A stretch of DNA of 64,000 bases, from positions 1 through 64,000 of the IMG/VR virus record IMGVR_UViG_3300043392_000054. One strand, written 5' to 3'. This DNA is from a virus. The notes under the pieces are model-generated. The model did no database searches, was not told the DNA's origin, and saw only the letters and a list, made by a program, of their open reading frames with translations. Of this stretch, positions 11,001 to 21,666 are shown piece by piece; position 1 is the first letter of the stretch; every line of letters starts with the position of its first letter. A program made the position numbers and the translations under genes.

Positions 11001-14000
11001 ATGAGTATATCTACTAATTTTGATGCGATTAATAACAATGTCGATGACGTTTCATTTGGTTTATTAAGAACTAATCCAAAATTAACTACTAATATTAAAT
11101 TGGTAGTTAATTCTGAGGGTTCATTATATATGGATGCAATCGCAGCCAATAAATCTTTATCTAATAATTCATTTAAAAATTATGCAATTCATTCAGATGG
11201 AAAATATTCTAATGATGTTGCATTGTTTTATGGAAATACTCCAAATGAATTAAAATATGACGTTCTTAGAGATAACTCAGACCTAAGTGTATACCGTGAA
11301 TATTCAAAACAATACGAAGATTCATATCAATATGGTGCATATTTTAATGCTTCTAAAACTACAACTGAACAATATAGATTTTTTGCTCCTATTTGGTTAG
11401 AAAAAAAGATTCCATCTCATTTTGTAATTTATAGAGTAGAAGGTGTAGATTATTCTGAACAATTAGATAATACTGTAGCTAGTCAAAATTCTAGAATCTT
11501 AGAATTATTAAAAAATGCAACAATTGTTAAAACGTTTGATTTAACTACTTCTTCTAAATTAGGAAAGTATTTAAGCAATCATGTTAATGATTCTAAATTT
11601 CCAAATGGTAGTATTACACAAAACTTTGATGTAAAGCAACCTACCTCGTTTAACGGGATAGACATTACAAATGGAGGGTTTGTTAACAAAAAGGATTACA
11701 TAAATTCTGATTTAGTTGTAGATAAAATTGAAATCTTAAATAATTATATTTTAACTTCTGGTTTTCAAAGAAATGAATTAGCTGTTGCTAACATAATTAA
11801 TCTTGAATTTTTATTCGATGATGAGAATGCTGATAATTATAGCATTTATCGTTATTTTGGATTATATGTAGATGCAATTGAAGAAGGCGAATTTACGGCA
11901 TATAGCATAGTTTCTAATAGTATACAAATTGAAAATGATTCAATTAAGACATACTACGATATTAGTAATTCTTCATTGACTCATAATGATATGTTTTTAA
12001 CTAATGAAGATTTACAACTGCCAACGTTAAATTGGGTTAAAGACGGTTTTAATAATTTTTATCATATTAAAAATAATACTAATTTTAGAAATAGTTCACC
12101 GATTAGTTTACCAGTTTCTATAAATCAAGCTTCTCTTAGCAATTTTATAAATAAAACAAATGTCGGTTCTATTCAATTAGAAAGTTTTTTAGTTGACTTA
12201 AAAGATGTTTTAAGTTTTAATATAACTGAAGCCCCTCATAATGGTGATAAATTATTTTTAACTGCTAAATCCGAATTAATAGCATCTAATTATAAATTAC
12301 ATAATTTTGAATTTGTTGCTGAATCTGAATTAGAAGCCGGTAAATATTTAAACAATACGTATTCTAGTAATGGAACGTTAGAAGAAATTGCAGCAGCCCT
12401 TGCTGGCGCAATTACAGCATCTGAAATTCCTTATACTGCTAAAAGAATTGGAGAAAAAATCATAATTGAAGATTATGGTGTAGGTAACACTAGAAAGTTA
12501 ACAGCATTTGGTATTTTAAATGGTAATATTTCTAATTTTATTGATATTGAAGCGGGTTTACAAGATAATATTGGTCTTAATTTATCCGATTGGACTATAT
12601 GGACTCCGATTGGTGGAGCCACTAAAAATAATTGCGTATTGGTTAATAACACTCATTTAGGTAATTTAAAGGTTGGAGATTATTTACAAGGTGTTAATAC
12701 TTCAAACTATTCTAAAATTATACAAATAGTAAAAGATCCTTATGAATTAGATTTATATAGAGTTATATTAGAATCAAATATTGAAGTTCCAAGAACTAAA
12801 TCTCTTAATATTTATGTTGATTATAAAACAAAATACGGTAAATTTAGTGCATATTCATTAAAGGATTTTGATTTTGATTTTCATGATACGTCTAATTCTG
12901 AATTAGGAGAACTTGCGTTTGAAGATTTATTATTAGATTTAAATTCATATAATAAATATGAAGATGCGTGTAACGCTAAATTTAAAGAAAGAAGCGAAGA
13001 TTATTATCCTACATTATATCCAGTTCTTGAACAAGAGCTTGTTAACAAACGCGATAACATTACTTCATTTTCACAAGAAGGTGATATTAATATTAAAGAT
13101 GTTAAAATAAGTTCTGAGTATGATAGACTTTTTGAAAATCAATTAAAAGAAACTGCAACTTTTTCAAGAATTAGTCCTACTGTAAATAAATTTGCATTAA
13201 AAGATTCGTTTAATGCAAGAATGAAACCATATTTATTAACGTATAGCGAAGCTTTTGGTAGTGATAATATGTCACCTGTTATTATGACAGGCAAATTTAG
13301 AGACCCTATAGATTATTCAATGGAATATTTCCATATTAATTCTATTCCTTCTCTATATGAATCAGACCCAACATATATTAAATCTCTTAAGAGCTATGTT
13401 GGTTTTAATACTTCTATTACAAATGAATTAACACCTGATAATTTAAAGAGTATTGATAATAATTACTTTGAAAAATTCTTTATATGGGATGGAGCATATT
13501 CTGATGCAGTTTCTATCGAAAGCATTCAAACTTCTGGAACTGTAACTTTAGTTAATTTTAGTGGTGATATAAATCCTGATTCTATATCTGGAAATAAACT
13601 GACTGCATATAATGGTCAAGAATATATTTTACCTTCAAATATTATTTATAGTCCAAATAATGGTTCTGTAATTTCATTTGTTGGAACACAAGACCCTAAT
13701 AATTTATTAAGCATAGGAGATACATTTGAAGCAAAAAATACTGAATTCGTAAAAGCTAAATCTCATAAATTATATACTAAATTCAATGACGGTTCACCTT
13801 ATAATTTTTCATCTACAGTATTTAGAGGTTTAAGATATACTTTTAAATCTAGAAAGGAGAATAGAAAATCTAATCCAACTGAATTTAAGCAAATTGATGT
13901 TAACGGTTATAAATTTGGTGTAGTTATAAATTTAGAAAACGATGCAAGCGTAAACGATGTATCTTACGAAGTTATAAAAAATGATGCATATAAGTTCATC

Positions 14001-15746
14001 TGTGTTTATATTAATTTAAGATTACAAACTAATGATGTTACTGAATTAACTAGAAAGGTTTTATATGAATTACGTCATGCATTTTTAGATGGAAAACTAG
14101 TAGATGTGCCTATTAGCGGTGCCTTAAATTTAAGAGCTGCGGATTGGAAATCTGCTAATAAAGTTACAATTAAAGGTATACCTGATAAATTTGGTAATTT
14201 ACCTCAATTTGAAAATCAAATTAATGTTATACAATCTTCTGATGTAAATGGATATTCATATCTTCTATTCGATTGGTATAATTATATTACTGACCAAATA
14301 GAGGTTAAAGCTCTTAAAGTTGTAAACGTATTAAACAATAATACTATTCAGGTTGCAGGTTACCCAGTAGAATGGAATACAACTACAAATACACCTGGCG
14401 TAAGATGGACTAAAGTTTCTAATATATCTAATGCATTACAAGGAACTTTAACATATAGATATTATAATGGAGGATATGATGCATTTAGAGAAATTTTAGA
14501 ATCAATTAAAGCTAAAAACTTTAGTGATAGTTTTAATAATAATTCTTCTAATATTGCTTATACCTCAATTGCAATAGATGGTTCTATCTCTACTAATGAT
14601 TTTGTATTAAACGTAGAAGACGGAACTTCATTTATTAAGCCTTCATTTATTAAAGCCTCTGTAGATGCAGATAAACCTCTTTCATATAAAATTACGCCAG
14701 ATGATGTTGGTAGAATTATAACGCAAAGAGATACTGGATATACTGTTGAATTAAGAAGAATGAATGGAACATATAATCCATTAACAAATGATGTTATTTC
14801 ATTTACTGATATTTATACAGAATATAAAGCAGTTAGTGATACTGCACCCGTTAATAGAAATAAATTAATTTATGATAAATTTAATAGATTAGGCATTTCC
14901 TTTGCAACATATTTTACAGAAATTATAAAGCCCGGTCATCCTGTTCATACACCTGAATATGGTTATGGCATTATTAAGAATTACTATTATCATAAAGTAA
15001 ATCCAGAGTCGCCTGATACAACGCTTAAATTATCAAAGGCTTCTGATAAATTACCTTTATATCCAAAGATTGGAGAAATTGCAATTGATAAAAAAGACTT
15101 AAATATTTTAGAATCTAAATATTCTCAAAATTATTTTACAAAGTCATCTCCAAATGGAGGAACTAATACTGAGTGGGGAACAATGAGTCCTATTGAAAAA
15201 AGAGCTTTTATGGCTTCAACTATTATGAAGACCGAGGCCTTTTATGATATTACTAATTTTACGACTGAAACAGTTGGTTCTTTAGAAGAATTAAATTCAA
15301 TTAAGTTAAATAATAATGCAAATGCATCAATTATATGGACTGAAACAGATGAAAGAATCTATGCTGATTTTTATGTAAAAAGGTCTGTATTAAATGAATT
15401 AGTAGAACAAGGTATTAAAGATTTTTTTGATAATTATGTTACTCCTGCAAAATCATTTGGAGATTTAACTACAACCGAAGATGATTTACAAGAATACGTT
15501 GAATGGAATATCGTACCTAGATTTAATATTGATTCTATTGAGTTTTTTGCAAAAGAGGCTAAAAATATCGATACTGATTTTTTAAGTGCTAATTCTGCAA
15601 CTGATATAGACTTAAGCATTTACAAACCGCAGACTAACTATATAATTGAATCTTTTGCAACAGATGGCCTTAGTTTTAGATTGATATATAATAAAAGATA
15701 CGGATATAGTTATCAGTTCAAAACAATGGTCAAAATACGTGCGTAA
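11001..15746 (+). CDS. Large virion structural protein, about 1581 aa
   Basis: ORF track (TTG at 10998, ATG at 11001); preceded by GATATATA at 10967. Confidence 0.5.
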   Translation: MSISTNFDAINNNVDDVSFGLLRTNPKLTTNIKLVVNSEGSLYMDAIAANKSLSNNSFKNYAIHSDGKYSNDVALFYGNTPNELKYDVLRDNSDLSVYREYSKQYEDSYQYGAYFNASKTTTEQYRFFAPIWLEKKIPSHFVIYRVEGVDYSEQLDNTVASQNSRILELLKNATIVKTFDLTTSSKLGKYLSNHVNDSKFPNGSITQNFDVKQPTSFNGIDITNGGFVNKKDYINSDLVVDKIEILNNYILTSGFQRNELAVANIINLEFLFDDENADNYSIYRYFGLYVDAIEEGEFTAYSIVSNSIQIENDSIKTYYDISNSSLTHNDMFLTNEDLQLPTLNWVKDGFNNFYHIKNNTNFRNSSPISLPVSINQASLSNFINKTNVGSIQLESFLVDLKDVLSFNITEAPHNGDKLFLTAKSELIASNYKLHNFEFVAESELEAGKYLNNTYSSNGTLEEIAAALAGAITASEIPYTAKRIGEKIIIEDYGVGNTRKLTAFGILNGNISNFIDIEAGLQDNIGLNLSDWTIWTPIGGATKNNCVLVNNTHLGNLKVGDYLQGVNTSNYSKIIQIVKDPYELDLYRVILESNIEVPRTKSLNIYVDYKTKYGKFSAYSLKDFDFDFHDTSNSELGELAFEDLLLDLNSYNKYEDACNAKFKERSEDYYPTLYPVLEQELVNKRDNITSFSQEGDINIKDVKISSEYDRLFENQLKETATFSRISPTVNKFALKDSFNARMKPYLLTYSEAFGSDNMSPVIMTGKFRDPIDYSMEYFHINSIPSLYESDPTYIKSLKSYVGFNTSITNELTPDNLKSIDNNYFEKFFIWDGAYSDAVSIESIQTSGTVTLVNFSGDINPDSISGNKLTAYNGQEYILPSNIIYSPNNGSVISFVGTQDPNNLLSIGDTFEAKNTEFVKAKSHKLYTKFNDGSPYNFSSTVFRGLRYTFKSRKENRKSNPTEFKQIDVNGYKFGVVINLENDASVNDVSYEVIKNDAYKFICVYINLRLQTNDVTELTRKVLYELRHAFLDGKLVDVPISGALNLRAADWKSANKVTIKGIPDKFGNLPQFENQINVIQSSDVNGYSYLLFDWYNYITDQIEVKALKVVNVLNNNTIQVAGYPVEWNTTTNTPGVRWTKVSNISNALQGTLTYRYYNGGYDAFREILESIKAKNFSDSFNNNSSNIAYTSIAIDGSISTNDFVLNVEDGTSFIKPSFIKASVDADKPLSYKITPDDVGRIITQRDTGYTVELRRMNGTYNPLTNDVISFTDIYTEYKAVSDTAPVNRNKLIYDKFNRLGISFATYFTEIIKPGHPVHTPEYGYGIIKNYYYHKVNPESPDTTLKLSKASDKLPLYPKIGEIAIDKKDLNILESKYSQNYFTKSSPNGGTNTEWGTMSPIEKRAFMASTIMKTEAFYDITNFTTETVGSLEELNSIKLNNNANASIIWTETDERIYADFYVKRSVLNELVEQGIKDFFDNYVTPAKSFGDLTTTEDDLQEYVEWNIVPRFNIDSIEFFAKEAKNIDTDFLSANSATDIDLSIYKPQTNYIIESFATDGLSFRLIYNKRYGYSYQFKTMVKIRA

Positions 15747-18586
15747 TGTCAATCATCATTAAAGAAATATATGAATCTGATTCCGATTCAACTGGAGCAT
15801 TCTGGTCACCTCAAAAAATCGAGAAGTTAAACTTTAATTTCGAACAAATTGATTTAGCTGGAGGCGGCCCAATGGGTCCTACAGGACCAGATGGTGAAGC
15901 TGGACCAGACGGCGCAAAGGGGCCAACTGGTCTACAAGGTCCTCAAGGTCTTATAGGTACTCAAGGTGCTAAAGGTATAACGGGCGATTCTTTATGGGAA
16001 GTTAATAGTATCGAAAATTTTACTAACAATACTATTAGACCTAATCAATTTGATAAAAGATTTCCAACTAATATGATGGTTGGAATTGATAATACACACG
16101 GAGATTACAATAATCAAAATGGTCTAGCAACTGTAATAATTAATTCAACACATAATAATATTAGGTCCCTTCGTTTTAGAACAGTCGACGTTAATAATGT
16201 ACCTTTAGATACTCAACCTTATTTTAAACTATATCAAGATGGTTCTAACGCTATTTTACAAGAGAGTTGGACTGACATAAATGATGCTGTTTTTAGAGAA
16301 GAAGCAGACATACATTTATTTACAAATGACGAATGGTTAAAAATAGATGGTACCGATAATACTGCTGATATTAATTCGTTAGGCAAATTAAATTCTGGAG
16401 CTGAAGTTATTAATGGCGCTAGTGTTAAAATAAACATAGCTAACGTTGATAAAAATAAAATATTGGCGGCTAATGATAATACAGGCGTAACTAAATGGGC
16501 TAGATTAAAGGACTTAATTAATGTTTTTCCAATTGGTTGTGTAACTGCAATATCTGCATCAGATTTTAATAGTACTAATTTTGTTTTAAGTGAACAAGTT
16601 ATTCAAACTGGAACTCCTAAATTAATTAATAGCGTTGGCGCTGGCAAATTAGAATCTCAGTATGAAGGCTGGTATTTATGTAATGGTCAGACTTGGACCA
16701 ATGGTACTGAAACTTATTATTTACCAAACTTAAATTCAGTTGATTATAATATAGCTTCTAATGGCGGTAGTCAAACTGCTGAAATTTCAGTTTCACCAGG
16801 AACTAAATTATCATTAGTTGCAAGTGCAGATATTAAAACAACATATACTTACACAGATAGAACGTATATTATAGATGAAGAGACATTTAATACTTATTTA
16901 GATGGAAGTGAACCTACGCAGACTCATTTTCCTACATCTGGTGCTACTGAATATAAAAACAGTAAACTAATATACCTTTGCTATTTAGGCTCTTCAGATT
17001 TGAAATGGCAAACTGGGGGAAATACTACAAGTTGGATTAGAACAAATTCAGGTGTAACTCATTTAGGATTTACTCCAATGACATATAGTGCATTTAGAAC
17101 TGGAACCTTTAGTAAAGATGATTGTGCATCTGGAGAATATACGACGCCTGTTACATTTAGTAAAACTTATACTAGTACAGTATCTCAAGCTGCAGCTGAC
17201 GCATTAGCAGATGCTAACTTTAATACTGAAGGTCAAGCTTATGCTAATATTTCAGGAGTTTGTTCTACTACACCAAGCTGGTCTGCAACTAGAACTGAAT
17301 CATTTGTTAGGAACGATTGTCCTGTTGATTATACGGGTTCACCTGTTCCATTTAGTAAAACATATACATCAACCATTAGTCAAGCTGACGCAGATAATCA
17401 GGCTGCAACAGACCCTAATTATGCTACATTAGGTCAAGCAAACGCAAACGCAAATGGAACATGTACATATGTAGAACCTTCATTTGATTGGTATAAATTA
17501 AATGCATGTGATTCTGGAGGAGGACAAGTTTATACTAAAGTAGTTCCTAGTATTTCTAGTCAAAGATACATTGACGCTCAAACTTTAGCATATTTTACAT
17601 GGGATAATGTATCTCCAATAAACCATACACAATCATATATGACTAATAATGGTTTTAATACGAGCGGTAGTATGCAATTAGTGTCTGGTCAGAGTGGGTG
17701 TCCAGCTGGAACTTCCGGAACATCAGGTACATCAGGAACTCCACCAACATTAACTCTTTCAGTTTCTACTGGATGTGCAGATATTAATAACAATAAAGGC
17801 TTTATTAGTATTAGTGCAAACGGTGGGTCTGGTAATTATGTATATCATATTTCTAATACACCTCCTGGTGGTACAGCTGGAACATTTAACGGTGTTAATT
17901 ATAGTAATACGTTAGATGTTATGTCAGGTGGATATGCTGTTTCGTATTACGTTGGAGCATACGATACAACTTACAATATTTCAATAGTTCAACAAACAAC
18001 TATAAATTGTGTAATAACCTTTTATGCTCCAAGGTCTGGTACATTTACTACACAGTGTGGAAGTGGAGGAGTAGGTTCTTCAGTTTCATATAGTAATACT
18101 TATACTAGTACATCTTCACAAGCAGCAGCCGATGCTTTAGCAGAAGCTAATTTTAATGCAGATGGTCAAGCTTATGCTAATGCAAATGGAACTTGTACAT
18201 ATAGTGCATATCGCAGCGGTACATTCCAAAGAAATGATTGTCCAGCTGGAGAAACGGGTTCATACCATAATTATAGTCAAACATATACAAGTGCAACATC
18301 TCAAGCAGACGCAGATTTACAGGCAAGTGTATTTAACGCAGAAGGTCAAGCTCACGTAAATGCAATTGGCACCTGTACATATATTCCACCGACAACATAT
18401 ACTGCATATAGAAGTGGAACTTTTTATAGTTCAATTTGTCATCCTGGAGAAATTAGCGATGGCGTATTGTATTCTAATACGTATACTAGCATATATGACC
18501 AAGCAACAGCTGAAGCATTAGCAGACGCTAATTTTAATGCAGATGGACAGGCTTTTGCAGATGCGAATGATATGTGTTATTTTTAA
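15746..18586 (+). CDS. Tail fibre protein: short collagen repeat, tail-collar domain, five DUF5977-like repeats and an SprB-like segment
   Basis: G-X-Y run (GPMGPTGPDGEAGPDGAKGPTGLQGPQG); GWYLCNGQTW collar motif; five ~60-aa repeats of form RSGTF...C...SQAAAD..A...GQAYAN..G.C. Confidence 0.75.
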   Translation: MSIIIKEIYESDSDSTGAFWSPQKIEKLNFNFEQIDLAGGGPMGPTGPDGEAGPDGAKGPTGLQGPQGLIGTQGAKGITGDSLWEVNSIENFTNNTIRPNQFDKRFPTNMMVGIDNTHGDYNNQNGLATVIINSTHNNIRSLRFRTVDVNNVPLDTQPYFKLYQDGSNAILQESWTDINDAVFREEADIHLFTNDEWLKIDGTDNTADINSLGKLNSGAEVINGASVKINIANVDKNKILAANDNTGVTKWARLKDLINVFPIGCVTAISASDFNSTNFVLSEQVIQTGTPKLINSVGAGKLESQYEGWYLCNGQTWTNGTETYYLPNLNSVDYNIASNGGSQTAEISVSPGTKLSLVASADIKTTYTYTDRTYIIDEETFNTYLDGSEPTQTHFPTSGATEYKNSKLIYLCYLGSSDLKWQTGGNTTSWIRTNSGVTHLGFTPMTYSAFRTGTFSKDDCASGEYTTPVTFSKTYTSTVSQAAADALADANFNTEGQAYANISGVCSTTPSWSATRTESFVRNDCPVDYTGSPVPFSKTYTSTISQADADNQAATDPNYATLGQANANANGTCTYVEPSFDWYKLNACDSGGGQVYTKVVPSISSQRYIDAQTLAYFTWDNVSPINHTQSYMTNNGFNTSGSMQLVSGQSGCPAGTSGTSGTSGTPPTLTLSVSTGCADINNNKGFISISANGGSGNYVYHISNTPPGGTAGTFNGVNYSNTLDVMSGGYAVSYYVGAYDTTYNISIVQQTTINCVITFYAPRSGTFTTQCGSGGVGSSVSYSNTYTSTSSQAAADALAEANFNADGQAYANANGTCTYSAYRSGTFQRNDCPAGETGSYHNYSQTYTSATSQADADLQASVFNAEGQAHVNAIGTCTYIPPTTYTAYRSGTFYSSICHPGEISDGVLYSNTYTSIYDQATAEALADANFNADGQAFADANDMCYF
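17081..18577 (+). repeat. Five ~60-aa Cys-bracketed DUF5977-like repeats (about 17081-17263, 17276-17464, 18017-18197, 18198-18377, 18393-18577)
   Basis: The repeats are directly visible in the translation, with two conserved Cys each. The DUF5977 assignment is from recall. Confidence 0.7.
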
Positions 18587-18632
18587 TAAATAAAAGACAG
18601 ATAAATAGTTATATAGAAAAAGAAATAGTCCA

Positions 18633-20855
18633 ATGGTCATTAATTTTAAAGAATTACTTTCATCTGATTTATCTAATATTATTTTAGATAAAATTAACTA
18701 TAATTTTGACCAAGTTATAGTTAATGGAGGTGGACCTATGGGCCATCAAGGAGCGCAAGGACCTCAAGGTTTTGATGGTTTAACAGGCGATACTGGTCCT
18801 CAAGGAGCACAGGGTCCACAAGGAGCACAAGGAGCTAAAGGAGACCCAGGTTTAGAAACTTGGAAATCTAATTCTGGAACTTATAATAATACATTAGTAC
18901 CTATTCACGAAGGCACATTAAATCCTCCTACTGTAATGGTAGGTGTTAATAAAGATGATGCAATATATGATACTGTCATAAACGATGTATCCTTTTTAAT
19001 AAATAAAAAAGACAAGGGTAATAATGAGGCCTTTTATAATGTCGCATTTTGGGATGATGATGTGGCCAATAATAATGGTAATTATGCATATATTTCATTA
19101 GATTATGATACTGCAACTGGTAAAGTTGTTAAAACTGAAGGTTTTTCAGAATTATTAGATACTGTTAGTAAAAAAATAGCATCTAAATTTATTTTTGCAA
19201 AAGGTAATACAGAATTAGTTACAATTGATGATACTGTATTTAATTCTAATGTGAATGCAAGATTTAATACTGGATTAGAAATATCGACGAGTCTTAAAAT
19301 TGGCGTTGGTACACCAGCTCTTAATAAAGTTTTAGCATCGACTGACGCTTTAGGTAATTCAACATGGAAACATGTTTCAGAAATTGGAGGTGCTGTACCC
19401 GTTGGAACTATTGTTCCTATTCTAACTAATATTTTTGATAACGCTAATAATTTTGACCAAGATGCATATTTAGCTAACGACGCTTCTCCTTTACAAATTT
19501 ATTACGGTAGAGGTAAAGGTGATTATAAAGGTTGGTATTTATGTAATGGTCAAACTTGGACTAATGCAACAAAAAGTTATACAACACAAGACCTTTGTTC
19601 ATTTAGTTATAATATTACAAACAATACTAATAGACCTACTGGGGCTGGACAAGGCCCAGCATCTGAAACTAATAGCATTTTATCTATTACCGGGGGTGGT
19701 GATGCTAGTATAAATGCAACATATAATGGTACTAGTAAAACATACACGGTTACTAGTAATTTAAATTTAGACCCAGCTTTAATATATCCATCTGTATCTG
19801 GAACAGCATATGATTTATACAAAATGGTATATGTTGTTTATTTAGGCGAAGAAGACTTATCGTGGTCTCAACCGGGTGACCAAGGAGTTATAATCGGAAG
19901 TCTTACATTCGGTGGAGTAGCGTTAGGTTATTCTACAGATAATGCTATGGCATGTAGTGCTGCAACTAATCTATATGACCTAGTTATTCCTCCAACAAAC
20001 CCTACGTTTAGTACATGGCAAACGTATACAGACTTAACTGTTAAAAATGCATGGAGAGATACAACTCTTAATACTGAAGGACCTACTGGTAGAGTTTACC
20101 TATATAATGCAGGAACTACAACCCCTGCAACTACTGGTTATTATGTAATAGATGGTTATATTAGATTTGTTAGTGCAGGTGTTGTCTTTGATAATTTAAC
20201 GCCAACACCAGCTTTAGAAAATGGAGATGCAATGACTTGTATTAATCCAACTGCTAGATTTGATTCAGCAAACGGTTCTACTTCTAAAGGAGCTCAAAAT
20301 GGTGATTCTGTTACAGCGTATGCTAGTAAAAGTTTACCTTCATGGAGAAATGGTTCTCAATTAACATATAATTATCAATGGCAAACTCAATTAGGGGGAG
20401 GTCAATGGGTTAATATTGATTTAGCGACAAATGATACTTTAACTATAACAGCTCCATTAGGCACTTCATATTATAGAGTAGGTATTACTACATTAGATGC
20501 TGCAACTTCAACACAAAGTTCAGTTCACTATTCTAATTTAATAACGCTTACAACTGGAGCTTCATATGAAATAATTGGAACTAAAACAGCTACTTTAAGT
20601 CAAACTCCAGTAACGGGTAGTATAGTTGTTTCAGGGGCTTCGGCTACAATAACTTTAATAACTAGTAAAACATATTACTTATCAGGTAATGCAACATCTA
20701 GATTGGTAATAAATAGTGGAGCTAATAATTATGAGATACTAGGAAATGTAGATACTGGAGATACCATAATGACTCAAACTATTCCAACTGGTAATTACAC
20801 ATATACATTATATGTATATGGACCTAACACAGGTGCAAACGCAAACATTCAATAA
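18633..20855 (+). CDS. Second tail fibre protein (paralog of 15746-18586): collagen repeat and tail-collar domain, unrelated C-terminus
   Basis: Shares KEL..SD...KINYNFDQ...GGGPMG, the G-X-Y run and GWYLCNGQTWTN with the upstream gene. Confidence 0.75.
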   Translation: MVINFKELLSSDLSNIILDKINYNFDQVIVNGGGPMGHQGAQGPQGFDGLTGDTGPQGAQGPQGAQGAKGDPGLETWKSNSGTYNNTLVPIHEGTLNPPTVMVGVNKDDAIYDTVINDVSFLINKKDKGNNEAFYNVAFWDDDVANNNGNYAYISLDYDTATGKVVKTEGFSELLDTVSKKIASKFIFAKGNTELVTIDDTVFNSNVNARFNTGLEISTSLKIGVGTPALNKVLASTDALGNSTWKHVSEIGGAVPVGTIVPILTNIFDNANNFDQDAYLANDASPLQIYYGRGKGDYKGWYLCNGQTWTNATKSYTTQDLCSFSYNITNNTNRPTGAGQGPASETNSILSITGGGDASINATYNGTSKTYTVTSNLNLDPALIYPSVSGTAYDLYKMVYVVYLGEEDLSWSQPGDQGVIIGSLTFGGVALGYSTDNAMACSAATNLYDLVIPPTNPTFSTWQTYTDLTVKNAWRDTTLNTEGPTGRVYLYNAGTTTPATTGYYVIDGYIRFVSAGVVFDNLTPTPALENGDAMTCINPTARFDSANGSTSKGAQNGDSVTAYASKSLPSWRNGSQLTYNYQWQTQLGGGQWVNIDLATNDTLTITAPLGTSYYRVGITTLDAATSTQSSVHYSNLITLTTGASYEIIGTKTATLSQTPVTGSIVVSGASATITLITSKTYYLSGNATSRLVINSGANNYEILGNVDTGDTIMTQTIPTGNYTYTLYVYGPNTGANANIQ

Positions 20856-20859
20856 TAAA

Positions 20860-21651
20860 ATGATTAATATAAATAGAACTCTTATTGTTTTTGCTTTACT
20901 TGCTTTATTTGCGTTATTGTTTCTTAGACAATGTAATGAAACTGATAAATTAAATAGAGAATTGGCTTCTATTAAAGCTAAGTCAATCCAAGATTATAAT
21001 AATTTACTGGCTTCTAAAGATACTATTAAACAATATAAAAACGCTAATGGAAATCTAATTGCTGAAAAAAGAGCTTTCTTATATGATATTGAAGAATACG
21101 GTAATAAATTAGATTGGGCTAATGGAGAATACGCTAAAGAATTAGGTTTAAATAAGTCTTTAAAGGAAATTAATTCTCTTTTAAAAGCAAAAATTTCAGT
21201 TAAAGATACTATTTATATTAATAATCCAAGTGGAATATTACAAAGCGATGGTACAAAATTATTTAAGTTTAATGACTTTAAAGATTTTGGAAAAGGTAAT
21301 ACTAGAAATTTTAATGGTAATATCGAAGTTGCGGTTGAGGATAACAATATTAAATTAAAAAGCTCTAAGTTTGATATAGAACAATCTATAAAGTTATATG
21401 CTGCAATCGAAGAAAAAAACGGGTATAAAGAGGTTAAAATGGGTTCTTCTTACCCTGGAATTAAATTTGATACTATTGAAAATATAAATCTGATAAATAA
21501 TAAGTTGAATGAAAAGCCAATTAAAAAAGCTAGATGGTCAATTGGATTTGGAGTTGGTTATGGTATGACCTTAATTAATGGACAAATGATACAATATGGA
21601 CCAACTATAAACGCTGGATTATATTGGAGTCCTTCATTCTTACAATTTTAA
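20860..21651 (+). CDS. Membrane-anchored coiled-coil protein, possibly spanin-like
   Basis: The likely start is ATG 20860 (the tracked 20812 start overlaps the upstream gene). N-terminal hydrophobic stretch LIVFALLALFALLFLRQC, then a coiled coil and an amphipathic beta C-terminus ending in F. Confidence 0.45.
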   Translation: MININRTLIVFALLALFALLFLRQCNETDKLNRELASIKAKSIQDYNNLLASKDTIKQYKNANGNLIAEKRAFLYDIEEYGNKLDWANGEYAKELGLNKSLKEINSLLKAKISVKDTIYINNPSGILQSDGTKLFKFNDFKDFGKGNTRNFNGNIEVAVEDNNIKLKSSKFDIEQSIKLYAAIEEKNGYKEVKMGSSYPGIKFDTIENINLINNKLNEKPIKKARWSIGFGVGYGMTLINGQMIQYGPTINAGLYWSPSFLQF

Positions 21652-21666
21652 AATTAATAATTAATA

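Noticed and set aside
17081-18577. Diversity-generating retroelement TR/VR pair in the fibre repeats
   Set aside because: Repeat differences are not adenine-restricted, and no reverse transcriptase is present in the window.
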